Part shown: piece by piece, positions 50,415 through 59,284 of the stretch
Layout of the letters: every line of letters begins with the position of its first letter
Numbering within the stretch: the stretch's first letter is position 1
Assembly: GCA_937801655.1 (NCBI GenBank)
Contig: CALMWC010000005.1
Span: 1,811 to 65,810, forward strand
Origin: an uncultured Gammaproteobacteria bacterium
GTDB taxonomy: Bacteria > Pseudomonadota > Gammaproteobacteria > Steroidobacterales > UBA11654
Direction of reading: 5' to 3'
Length of the DNA stretch: 64,000 bases
Position numbers and translations under genes: made by a program
The notes under the pieces: model-generated
Database searches by the model: none
The model's input: the letters and a program-made list of their open reading frames with translations, nothing else
What the model was told of the DNA's origin: nothing

Positions 50415-50429
50415 GGACTATTTTAGTCC
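50415..50429. promoter_or_regulatory. inverted repeat GGACT-N5-AGTCC, a candidate IscR/Rrf2 operator
   Basis: ATGTGGGACTATTTTAGTCCAATAT lies 26-40 nt upstream of the Rrf2 gene start. Its GACT-N5-AGTC core matches the core of the E. coli type-1 IscR site. Confidence 0.45.
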
Positions 50430-50532
50430 AATATAACTAATTAATAAACATTATTTACTTAAATAATGAAAAATGTAATTAGGCATCAATACCTGACTTT
50501 GGTTATAATTGTAGAAAAATTAGGAGACAAAG

Positions 50533-51552
50533 ATGAATACAGAAAGTCTAAACTCTATTGCTCAATCGATGGTAGCGCCCAATAAAGGCATATTAGCAGC
50601 TGACGAAAGCACGCCAACTATTGGCAAGCGATTTGAAAATATAAACACTGAATCCACAGAAGAAAGCAGAAGAACTTATCGCAATATGCTTTTCTCAACA
50701 CCAAATATATCAGACTATATAAGTGGCGTTATTCTATTTGAAGAAACTCTAAAACAGTCCAACGATGCAGGTCTTTCATTCCCTAACTACCTAACATCAT
50801 TAGGAATTATTCCTGGTATCAAAGTTGATAAAGGAGCTAAAAAATTAGCCGGCAGTGAAGGAGAAACAGTAACAGAAGGTTTAGATGGTCTTAGAGATAG
50901 ACTATCAGACTATTATTCACTGGGAGCAAGATTTGCAAAATGGAGAGCAGTCATTAATATCGGTCCAAATCAACCCAGTGACTATGCGATTGATGCAAAT
51001 GCACATGCTTTAGCAAGATATTCAGCTCTTTGTCAGGAAGCGCAAATAGTGCCGATTGTTGAGCCTGAGATCTTAATGGATGGAGGTCATTCTCTAGAAA
51101 CATGTTTCGAAGTTACATCGAAAGTGCTTGATAATGTTTTTGAAGCCTTAGGAAAACAAAATGTAGCACTCAATGGAATAATATTAAAACCCAACATGGT
51201 TATTTCTGGCAGTGATGCCAGTAATAGAGCCGATGTTGCTACAGTAGCTAGTGCTACTGTAGATTGCCTAACGAAGAACGTTCCAGAAGAAGTACCTGGT
51301 ATAGCTTTTTTATCGGGTGGGCAAACATCAGAAGAAGCAACTGCCCATTTAAGTTCTATGAATGAAATGGGACCACATCCATGGCAACTTTCTTTCTCAT
51401 ACGGTAGAGCATTGCAAGCATTACCTTTGAAAGCATGGTCGGGTAAAAGTGAAAATATAGGGTTAGGCCAAAAAGAATTTTTAAAAAGATCACGACTGAA
51501 TAGTTTGGCTAGAACTGGTAATTATCACCCTCAAATGGAGTCCGCTGATTGA
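50533..51552 (+). CDS. fba: class I fructose-bisphosphate aldolase
   Basis: GILAADESTPTIGKRF and downstream class-I aldolase blocks (ILFEETL, KVDKG, LKPNMV Schiff-base Lys region). Confidence 0.85.
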   Translation: MNTESLNSIAQSMVAPNKGILAADESTPTIGKRFENINTESTEESRRTYRNMLFSTPNISDYISGVILFEETLKQSNDAGLSFPNYLTSLGIIPGIKVDKGAKKLAGSEGETVTEGLDGLRDRLSDYYSLGARFAKWRAVINIGPNQPSDYAIDANAHALARYSALCQEAQIVPIVEPEILMDGGHSLETCFEVTSKVLDNVFEALGKQNVALNGIILKPNMVISGSDASNRADVATVASATVDCLTKNVPEEVPGIAFLSGGQTSEEATAHLSSMNEMGPHPWQLSFSYGRALQALPLKAWSGKSENIGLGQKEFLKRSRLNSLARTGNYHPQMESAD

Positions 51553-51562
51553 GTAGTAATCA

Positions 51563-52174
51563 ATGAAAAAATACTCACTTATATCACTGATCATTTTGCT
51601 TTCAGTACCCATTTTATTGGAAGCAAATGATGGAAATAATCTAATGCCTTATCAGATGATTACAGTATCCATAGATACTATGACTGAAAGACTAGGGGAT
51701 CAAGAGAATAAGAAACGATTGGGTAAAAATAAAACTGAACTTTATCAAATCATAGATGAAACACTTTCTCCTTATTTTCAAAAAAAATACGCCGGAAGAT
51801 TAGTGCTCAATAATTATTGGAAAGAGTCTAGTAAATCACAAAGAGAAAGGTTTACAGAGGGTCTTTATCAGTCCCTTATTCGTTCTTATGCAATAACTAT
51901 GTTGAACTTTGATGTCAGTAAAATTAAAGTCATATCAGGCAATATCAGTCTAGTAGACCTTAAGAAATTAACAATCAAATCAGAAGTAGAATACAAGGGT
52001 GAAGTAATACCAATGAATTTTAGTTTTGCTAAGTTCAAGCAAGGATGGATGTTCTACGATGTTCGCATTGAAGGGGTGTCATATATAAAGAATTATCGAA
52101 ATCAATTCAATGCAGAAATATCAGCGAACGGTCTGGAATCTGTAATTCTTAGATTGGAGTCACTCAAAGATTAG
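51563..52174 (+). CDS. mlaC: phospholipid-binding MlaC/Ttg2D family periplasmic protein
   Basis: Signal peptide and size/blocks typical of the toluene-tolerance Ttg2D family (W...D..IEGVS....YR.QF). Convergent with mlaA. Confidence 0.65.
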   Translation: MKKYSLISLIILLSVPILLEANDGNNLMPYQMITVSIDTMTERLGDQENKKRLGKNKTELYQIIDETLSPYFQKKYAGRLVLNNYWKESSKSQRERFTEGLYQSLIRSYAITMLNFDVSKIKVISGNISLVDLKKLTIKSEVEYKGEVIPMNFSFAKFKQGWMFYDVRIEGVSYIKNYRNQFNAEISANGLESVILRLESLKD

Positions 52175-52899
52175 AAATCTTCAAAATCTAAAAATTCATC
52201 ATCACTGAGCTCATCTTCTTCATCACCGTCACTGATTTTATATTTTCTATTCTGTAAGTAAGAATCTCTAATGTAGAGATAGGGGTCAAAAGAACTATAG
52301 AGTTCATCTTCAAGAGCGGAAAGACTAGATCTTTTTTGTATTTGATCTATTAAATTTAAAGTTATTTTGCCAGTAGAATTATCAAGATTTAAAAGTGGAC
52401 TAAACGACCCATCCACTGCATCACCAATGAGTTCTCTAAAAGTATAAGGACCAAGGAAAGGTAACATCATATATGGTCCTTGAGGCATACCCCATACAGC
52501 CAAAGTTTGTCCAAAATCTTCATCATGATATTGAATTCCCATAGCTGCTGCAGGATCAAAAATCCCTGCTAAACCTATTGTGCTATTAATAATAAATCTA
52601 GATGTATCTTGAATAAATTGTTTGCCTTTACCTTGTAAAAGGTCATTAGTAATAGTGACAGGGTATTTTGCATTATTGAAGAAATTATTAACACCTTTAC
52701 GGAATGGTCTTGGAGTCACATAATCATAAGTATCAGCAGCAGGTTCTAGTAGAGCTTTATCTAAGTTCTCATTGAACATATACAATGATCTATTGACATT
52801 TTCCAAAGGGTCTAGCGAGTCATAAACCAATTCGTTTTGATAACTGCAACCACCTAAGGAAATTGTTATTAGTATGATTAAATGTTGAAATTTAGTCAT
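52171..52899 (-). CDS. mlaA: MlaA/VacJ family outer-membrane lipoprotein
   Basis: Lipobox LGGCS and the DPLENVNRSLYMFN, FGQTLAVWGMPQGPYMMLPFLGP blocks. Confidence 0.8.
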   Translation of the reverse strand: MTKFQHLIILITISLGGCSYQNELVYDSLDPLENVNRSLYMFNENLDKALLEPAADTYDYVTPRPFRKGVNNFFNNAKYPVTITNDLLQGKGKQFIQDTSRFIINSTIGLAGIFDPAAAMGIQYHDEDFGQTLAVWGMPQGPYMMLPFLGPYTFRELIGDAVDGSFSPLLNLDNSTGKITLNLIDQIQKRSSLSALEDELYSSFDPYLYIRDSYLQNRKYKISDGDEEDELSDDEFLDFEDF

Positions 52900-52907
52900 G
52901 ACATTTC

Positions 52908-54371
52908 TTATCTATTATTAGTATTTTCAAGATATTCTTCAATTTCGCTTAATCTCGCAACAAACTTAGCTATCTGTATATTAGTTATTGAATCTATTGT
53001 CAAAGCAATTTTTATTTGTTCAATGGCTTCATCAAACATACCAATGCTCAAATAGTACTCTCCCATGTATGAAAAAGATTCTGCATACTCACCTGAAGCA
53101 TTTGCAGCTCTGGCAATTAATTTAATTTGTGATGGAGAGGGAGCTACATTATTAAATAAATCCAATAAAGTTTCATGGGATATTTCTGCACTGCCATAAT
53201 TGAGTTCTACTTCGGAATAATACAGAGTCAATGGAATATTTCTCGGAGACAGAGAGATAATACTTTTTAGATATGTAATGGCTTGTTGCCTATTATTTTT
53301 TGCTAACAGAAGCTTCGCATAAGCAAGGTGAAAATGATTATACTCTTGGTATTCTTTGATAAAAAAATCTAAGATTAATTGGGCTTGCTCAAAGTTACCA
53401 AGTTCTATTGAACTCAATGCTAATCCATATAGATTGCCAATATCAGTATTACTAAGGGTCTTATTGGGAAGATTAACACGGGTTGTTTTACTGAGAAAAT
53501 AAGCATGAGACTTTTCTATTGAATTTGTATACAGAAACCTAATCCTGGCTTTACTTAACTCAAACACTAGTGAATCATTGATTCTTTTAACTTCAATTCT
53601 TCTTGCTTGTTTTTTTGCAGCTGCTGATCGGTTGACCGACGTAGGATGTGTTCTTAGAAATTCAATAGAAGCAGCGTTCCTGGGATCTCCACCTGTGGAT
53701 AGTTTATTAAAAAACTCAGCCATAGCAAAAGGATCATACCCAGACATTGCCAATGTTTTTATGCCAACTGAGTCGGCTTCAATTTCCATTTCTCTAGTAA
53801 AATCAATTTGCCCTTGTTGCATTATTGATGGAGCCAACATCGTACCAGCTTCTAGAATTTCGCTACTCCCAGATATCGCACTAAGAAGAACCGCTCCTAA
53901 GAGTACTAAGCCTCCTTGAATTGTATTGGGAACTTGATCACCCACTTGTCTTGAGATATGACGTTGTGTGACATGACTTATTTCATGCGATAGAACAGAT
54001 GCAAATTGACTTTCATTATCTGAATTTAGACATAGTCCAATGTTTGCTCCTATATAACCCCCAGGTAATGCAAAGGCATTAATTGATGTTTGCGGAACAA
54101 AGAAATAATTAAAATCAAAATCACCATCTTGTACTTTTGATGATAATTTTTCACCTAGGTTTTGTAGGTATTCAGACAATAAAGGGTCTTCCACAACTTG
54201 TCCTTGTTGTCTAAGATTTCGAAAATAAGCCCTCCCTATCGCTGGCTCATCCATCTTTGACAAATAAGCATCCGATGGGCTTCCTAGATCAGGCAATTCA
54301 ATTTCTGCATTGCATGTAAAAGCCTGAAAATACGCTATAAAAATTATAAGAAATGATAGACGTTTGTGCAT
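52908..54371 (-). CDS. bepA: periplasmic M48 metalloprotease with TPR domain (BepA-like)
   Basis: HEISHV zinc motif, downstream E...D ligand region, C-terminal TPR-like repeats and a signal peptide. Confidence 0.7.
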   Translation of the reverse strand: MHKRLSFLIIFIAYFQAFTCNAEIELPDLGSPSDAYLSKMDEPAIGRAYFRNLRQQGQVVEDPLLSEYLQNLGEKLSSKVQDGDFDFNYFFVPQTSINAFALPGGYIGANIGLCLNSDNESQFASVLSHEISHVTQRHISRQVGDQVPNTIQGGLVLLGAVLLSAISGSSEILEAGTMLAPSIMQQGQIDFTREMEIEADSVGIKTLAMSGYDPFAMAEFFNKLSTGGDPRNAASIEFLRTHPTSVNRSAAAKKQARRIEVKRINDSLVFELSKARIRFLYTNSIEKSHAYFLSKTTRVNLPNKTLSNTDIGNLYGLALSSIELGNFEQAQLILDFFIKEYQEYNHFHLAYAKLLLAKNNRQQAITYLKSIISLSPRNIPLTLYYSEVELNYGSAEISHETLLDLFNNVAPSPSQIKLIARAANASGEYAESFSYMGEYYLSIGMFDEAIEQIKIALTIDSITNIQIAKFVARLSEIEEYLENTNNR

Positions 54372-54375
54372 AAAA

Positions 54376-54849
54376 TTAAGCGGAGATTTCTTTTATCACC
54401 TTTAATACTTCATTAACATGTCCTTTGACTTTAACCTTTCTCCATTCCTGTATCAGTTTACCTTTATCATTAATAATGAAAGTACTTCGTTCAATACCCA
54501 TGTATTTTTTACCGTACATATTTTTTTCTTTGATGACGTCAAATAGGTTGCATACTTTTTCATTTTCATCAGAAATTAGATCAAAAGGAAAATTATATTT
54601 GCATGTAAACTTATCATGAGAGGAGACTGAGTCTTTTGATACGCCTATTATAATTGTATTGTTTTTTATAAAGTCTTTATGGTTGTCTCTAAAATCCTCG
54701 CCTTCTTTCGTGCAACCTGGTGTGTTGTCTCTAGGATAGAAATAAATAACTATATTCTTTCCTAGATAATCGGATAATTTAATTTGAGAATTGTCTGTAA
54801 TCGTCGCTTTAAAATCTGAAACTTTATTGTTTAATTTCACTTTTGGCAT
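54376..54849 (-). CDS. bcp: thiol peroxidase Bcp (peroxiredoxin)
   Basis: Peroxidatic Cys motif FYPRDNTPGCTKE and typical length. Confidence 0.85.
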   Translation of the reverse strand: MPKVKLNNKVSDFKATITDNSQIKLSDYLGKNIVIYFYPRDNTPGCTKEGEDFRDNHKDFIKNNTIIIGVSKDSVSSHDKFTCKYNFPFDLISDENEKVCNLFDVIKEKNMYGKKYMGIERSTFIINDKGKLIQEWRKVKVKGHVNEVLKVIKEISA

Positions 54850-55019
54850 AATGTTTTAACCTTTATTTATTTTCTCTAATATCTAGCTAACTCTTTATTA
54901 TTATAATTTTATTTTAAAACTATAATATGGACTAAATAAGAATATTGACCTTTATTATCATAAAAACATCGAATTATTCATCAACTTATAATAACCTCAT
55001 CATTCAAACACTCAAATAA

Positions 55020-55601
55020 ATGAATAACCATATAAAAAAATTCTACCAGATACTCTTAATTTTGCCGATCTTGTCGGGATGTAGTCTTTTTGAATCCTCA
55101 GTTCAAACTTGCAATGAAGTGCAAGAGTATGAGCAAAGTGGCTCAATTCCAAATCTTGTTGTGCCTGACAATCTCAGAGAACTTCAAAAAAGATCAAGAT
55201 TTAATATCCCTGATTCTGTAAGTAATCAATCTGTTATAGCTGAAGATAAGATTATCGGTGACATGTTGCCTATGAAAGATATTAAAGAGAGTAATACAAC
55301 AGTAGATGATATCAATGCTGATGACTTATCAGAACTGCTTGGTTTAATTGATAAAACCATTGATAACAGGAATGTTACATCAAACAGCACTATGGTTTAT
55401 CAGGAAAATATACAAGATTCTAGTAATAATCAATTACAACCATGTTTAGATGAAGCACCTAATTATTTTGCAGACGGTATCTTGCAAAAGACGATGCCAA
55501 CTCAAAATTATGAAAGACAAGGGAAGAGAGTTCAAAAGAAGAAAAGATCTTTATGGCAAAGAATGACTGGTCGAAATAAGGATAGTGAAAAATCTGAATA
55601 A
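55020..55601 (+). CDS. hypothetical lipoprotein
   Basis: Lipobox ILSGCS. Low-complexity N/S/D-rich body with a basic C-terminus. No family recognised. Confidence 0.45.
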   Translation: MNNHIKKFYQILLILPILSGCSLFESSVQTCNEVQEYEQSGSIPNLVVPDNLRELQKRSRFNIPDSVSNQSVIAEDKIIGDMLPMKDIKESNTTVDDINADDLSELLGLIDKTIDNRNVTSNSTMVYQENIQDSSNNQLQPCLDEAPNYFADGILQKTMPTQNYERQGKRVQKKKRSLWQRMTGRNKDSEKSE

Positions 55602-55605
55602 AGGG

Positions 55606-56751
55606 TTAATCCAATATACCCATTTGCTTTGATATAATACCTAGCATAACTTCATCACTTCCTCCTCCAATCGAACCTAAACGAGTGTCCCTATAAGCTC
55701 TAGCCACTGAACTTTCCCACATAAAGCCCATCCCACCCCAGTATTGCAGACATGCATCAGTTAATTCTCTCCCTAAGCGACCAGATTTTAGTTTTACCAT
55801 AGATGCTTTAGTCAATACGTCTTTTCCTTCAATGTATTCTTCTACAGCGTTATAAGTTAGTGCTCTTAAGAGCTCTACTTCTGTTTGAAGTTCAGCCAAT
55901 CTATAATGCACCACTTGGTTATCTAATATTGCTTTACCAAATGCTTCTCTTTGTTTGGTGTATTCAATTGTTTCTTGAATGATATTCTCATAACCCTTAA
56001 GAGCAGCAGCAGCTGCATACAATCGTTCTTCTTGGAATTGGATCATTTGATAAATAAAGCCTTTACCTTCATCACCAATTCTATTCTTTTGAGGTACTTT
56101 AACGTTATCAAAAAATATTTGGGCTGTGTCAGATGAATGTAGACCAAGTTTTTTTAAAGGTTCGGAAACAGATACACCTTTTGTATCAGATGGGACAATG
56201 ATAAGTGATTTATTTTTATGCTGTGGGCCCTCGCTAGTATTTGCTAAAAGACAGAAATAATCAGCCTGTATTGAATTAGTGATCCACATCTTAGTTCCAT
56301 TGATTACATAATCGTCTCCATTTTTTTCAGCAGATGTTTTTATGGAGGCCACATCTGAACCCGCACTCGGTTCACTCACTGCTATTGAAAAAACTGCATC
56401 ACCAGTTATTGCAGGAACTAGAAATTCATTACATAGTTCTTCACTTCCGAACTTTGCTAAAGCAGGGGTAGCCATATCCGTTTGCACACCAATACCGGTG
56501 CTCACACCTGCGGCTTGAACTCGACCCATTTCTTCAGCAAATACAAGCGAATAGCTGTAATCCAGTCCAAGACCGCCATATTGCTCAGGCTTACTAATAC
56601 CTAGCATTCCCAAATTACCTAATTTTTTAAACAACTCATGAGCTGGGAAAATACCATCCTCCTCCCATTGATCAACGAAAGGATTAATCTCATTGTCCAC
56701 AAACTTTGCTGTGATTTCTCTTATACTTTGATGTTCTTCAGTCCATTTCAT
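55606..56751 (-). CDS. acyl-CoA dehydrogenase
   Basis: ACAD blocks: SEPSAGSDVAS, WITN, QFQEERL, YWGGMGF, and a catalytic-base region near GGGSDEVM. Confidence 0.85.
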   Translation of the reverse strand: MKWTEEHQSIREITAKFVDNEINPFVDQWEEDGIFPAHELFKKLGNLGMLGISKPEQYGGLGLDYSYSLVFAEEMGRVQAAGVSTGIGVQTDMATPALAKFGSEELCNEFLVPAITGDAVFSIAVSEPSAGSDVASIKTSAEKNGDDYVINGTKMWITNSIQADYFCLLANTSEGPQHKNKSLIIVPSDTKGVSVSEPLKKLGLHSSDTAQIFFDNVKVPQKNRIGDEGKGFIYQMIQFQEERLYAAAAALKGYENIIQETIEYTKQREAFGKAILDNQVVHYRLAELQTEVELLRALTYNAVEEYIEGKDVLTKASMVKLKSGRLGRELTDACLQYWGGMGFMWESSVARAYRDTRLGSIGGGSDEVMLGIISKQMGILD

Positions 56752-56767
56752 AATATTACCTCATAGA

Positions 56768-57571
56768 TTAACTGACTCTTATACCAGTATCGGGTGGTGA
56801 TTCAGGATCGCCAGCAAAACATTGTGCTATAGACATCCAGTGCTTTGCAACATCCCCATGAATCATTAATTTTGTATCAGCTATATTTCTATTCTGTGTT
56901 ACTACATGACAAAAATCACTAGCTTGTCCAATAACTGTATTATTACTATTTTCATCATTCCATTGCCATTGTTCTCCTGAGGGTGATGTTAATGAAACAA
57001 AAGGTTTTTCAAAAGGAACATCTAATTTTCTATTAATATAAGTCCAATCAAATGTTTTTACACCGATATCTGCAATATTTTTTATGCTGTCTGTATAAAG
57101 ACGTTTTCGTTTTACTAGATCATAAATTTCTTGACCATGGGACCAAGTTTCCATATATCTTGCAGTCATAAACATCCTTGCACCCATGTCAGGACCGAAC
57201 CATTGACATCTTAACTTAGGATCAACTTTTTCAAAAACAGAGCACATTTTATCATTGGTTGAGAGCCATAGATCTTTGAGGTCATGATGATCTTTTATAT
57301 TTAATCTTTCTTTAACGACTGCAGCTCTTGCTAATGAATTTTCTATAGTTGAAAATGTTTTCATGATGAATTGACCTTCAGATGCAAATTTATCAGAGTC
57401 ATTAATGGAGTAAAGAGTCATTAAATCAAAGTAACATAAATGTGAAATAACAATTATTGGTGTCCAATCTTTAAAAGTAGTATTCGTCTCCCATTGCTCA
57501 GTTGAAAGGTTATTCAAGAGACTATTTAGTTCAGCAACTTCTTGTCTTATGTCATTGGTAATGGTTTTCAT
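56768..57571 (-). CDS. DinB/MDMPI-fold metal-binding protein (TIGR03084-like)
   Basis: N-terminal four-helix DinB-like pattern (W...T.F.DWT....ISHL) and ARYMETWSHGQEIYD block. Assignment from memory of the family signature. Confidence 0.5.
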   Translation of the reverse strand: MKTITNDIRQEVAELNSLLNNLSTEQWETNTTFKDWTPIIVISHLCYFDLMTLYSINDSDKFASEGQFIMKTFSTIENSLARAAVVKERLNIKDHHDLKDLWLSTNDKMCSVFEKVDPKLRCQWFGPDMGARMFMTARYMETWSHGQEIYDLVKRKRLYTDSIKNIADIGVKTFDWTYINRKLDVPFEKPFVSLTSPSGEQWQWNDENSNNTVIGQASDFCHVVTQNRNIADTKLMIHGDVAKHWMSIAQCFAGDPESPPDTGIRVS

Positions 57572-57596
57572 ATAACTATTTTAATACTTTAAGTAA

Positions 57597-57624
57597 TGGT
57601 AATATTTATACTATAATATTACCA
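57597..57624. promoter_or_regulatory. perfect 10-bp inverted repeat TGGTAATATT-N8-AATATTACCA overlapping a TATAAT, a candidate TetR operator
   Basis: Read directly from the sequence. TATAAT at 57612-57617 lies 21 nt upstream of the carboxyltransferase ATG. The repeat sits in the 66-bp divergent intergenic region. Confidence 0.45.
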
Positions 57625-57637
57625 AAATGGTTTTTAA

Positions 57638-59284
57638 ATGGAAATTAAAAAGATAAAACAAAAAATTATCTCAAAATTAGATATCAGATCTGAAGTCTAT
57701 AAAGACAATTACAGTGAAATGATAAAGAAACTTTCTGAGATAGAAGATTTGCTTGATCTTGCCGAGATAGGAGGGGGACCCCATCATCATGCAAGGTTAG
57801 CCAAGCGTGGAAAAATGTCTATTCGAGATAGAATATTTAATGTTCTAGATCCTGACAGCCCATTTTTAGAAATTAGTTCACTGGCAGCCTATGAATCTCA
57901 ATACACTATCGGTGGTGGTGCAGTGGCTGGCATTGGAGTGATTTCAGGTGTTGAGTGTGTGATATTTGGTAACGATCCTACTGTTTTGGGAGGAGCACTT
58001 ACCAGTTATGCTGCAAAAAAATGGGGCCGTTGTATTGAAATAGCTAGAGACAATGGAATTCCATATATTAGTTTTGTTGAATCGGCAGGAGCTGATCTTA
58101 GAATTGATCCAAAGTCAAAACAAAAAATGTCTAACATAGGCTCAGGTCATTTTGCTGAAAGTGGAAGATGGTTTTATGAAATGACTGAGTTGTCTAAAAT
58201 GCGTATACCAACCATTGCAGTTGTTTTTGGTTCATCCACAGCTGGTGGCGCTTATCAACCAGGTATGTCAGATTATAATATTTTTATACGTAACCAATCG
58301 AAGGTATTTTTAGCTGGTCCGCCGTTGGTTCAAATGGCAACAGGGGAGGTTTCCGATGACGAAACTCTGGGTGGAGCTCAAATGCATTCAGAGGTCTCTG
58401 GATTATCTGATTATCTCGCTGAAGATGAAATGGACGCTCTAAGGTTATGCAGAGAAGTGGTTTCACATCTTAATTGGAGAAAACCTGAGAAAAATATTGA
58501 ACAACAACCGGAAGAACCCATTTACGATAGTGAGGAATTATTGGGTCTCGTCAGTAGTGACTTAAAGACTCCTTTTGATATCAGAGAAGCGATTGCAAGA
58601 TTTTCTGATGGTTCACGTTTTGAGGAATTTAAACCCTTATTTGGATCATCTATAGTTTGTGGTTGGACTCATGTGCATGGTTATCCAGTAGCAATTATAG
58701 GTAACAATGGAGCCATTTATCCTGATTCATCACAGAAGGCTGCACACTTTATTCAATTGTGTAATAAGATTAATACACCAATTATATTTCTTCAGAATGT
58801 TACAGGATTCTTAGTGGGTAAGGAATTTGAAAGAGACGGGATTATTAAGAAAGGTTCCCAATTAATTAATGCTGTTTCAAATTCTACAGTCCCTCATATT
58901 ACTATTATACTAGGAGCTTCCTATGGAGCTGGGACTTATGCAATGTCAGGGAGAGCTTTCAATAATCGATTTACCTTTATTTGGCCATCGGCAAAGATCG
59001 CAGTTATGGGAGGCAAACAAATTGCTGGTGTAATGTCTTTGGTGCGAAGGGCAAGAGCTATGAGGAAAGGAGAAAAGTTTGATGAAGTAGAAGATAAGAA
59101 AATTGTAGCCGCAGTAGAAAAACTTCAAGAAGATGGCTCAAGAGCACTAGAAGCCTCAGGCTTAGTTAGTGACGATGGCATCATTGATCCTAGAGACACG
59201 AGAACCGTGATAGGCATGTGTCTCTCTATTGTAGGCAACAAAGCTATTGAAGGAACCAAAGAATATGGAGTCTTTAGACTATGA
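57638..59284 (+). CDS. acyl-CoA carboxylase carboxyltransferase (beta) subunit, methylcrotonyl-/geranyl-CoA carboxylase type
   Basis: Two crotonase-like CT domains with typical blocks (GKMSIRDRI, VESAGADL, FLQNVTGF, KIAVMGG). Confidence 0.85.
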   Translation: MEIKKIKQKIISKLDIRSEVYKDNYSEMIKKLSEIEDLLDLAEIGGGPHHHARLAKRGKMSIRDRIFNVLDPDSPFLEISSLAAYESQYTIGGGAVAGIGVISGVECVIFGNDPTVLGGALTSYAAKKWGRCIEIARDNGIPYISFVESAGADLRIDPKSKQKMSNIGSGHFAESGRWFYEMTELSKMRIPTIAVVFGSSTAGGAYQPGMSDYNIFIRNQSKVFLAGPPLVQMATGEVSDDETLGGAQMHSEVSGLSDYLAEDEMDALRLCREVVSHLNWRKPEKNIEQQPEEPIYDSEELLGLVSSDLKTPFDIREAIARFSDGSRFEEFKPLFGSSIVCGWTHVHGYPVAIIGNNGAIYPDSSQKAAHFIQLCNKINTPIIFLQNVTGFLVGKEFERDGIIKKGSQLINAVSNSTVPHITIILGASYGAGTYAMSGRAFNNRFTFIWPSAKIAVMGGKQIAGVMSLVRRARAMRKGEKFDEVEDKKIVAAVEKLQEDGSRALEASGLVSDDGIIDPRDTRTVIGMCLSIVGNKAIEGTKEYGVFRL

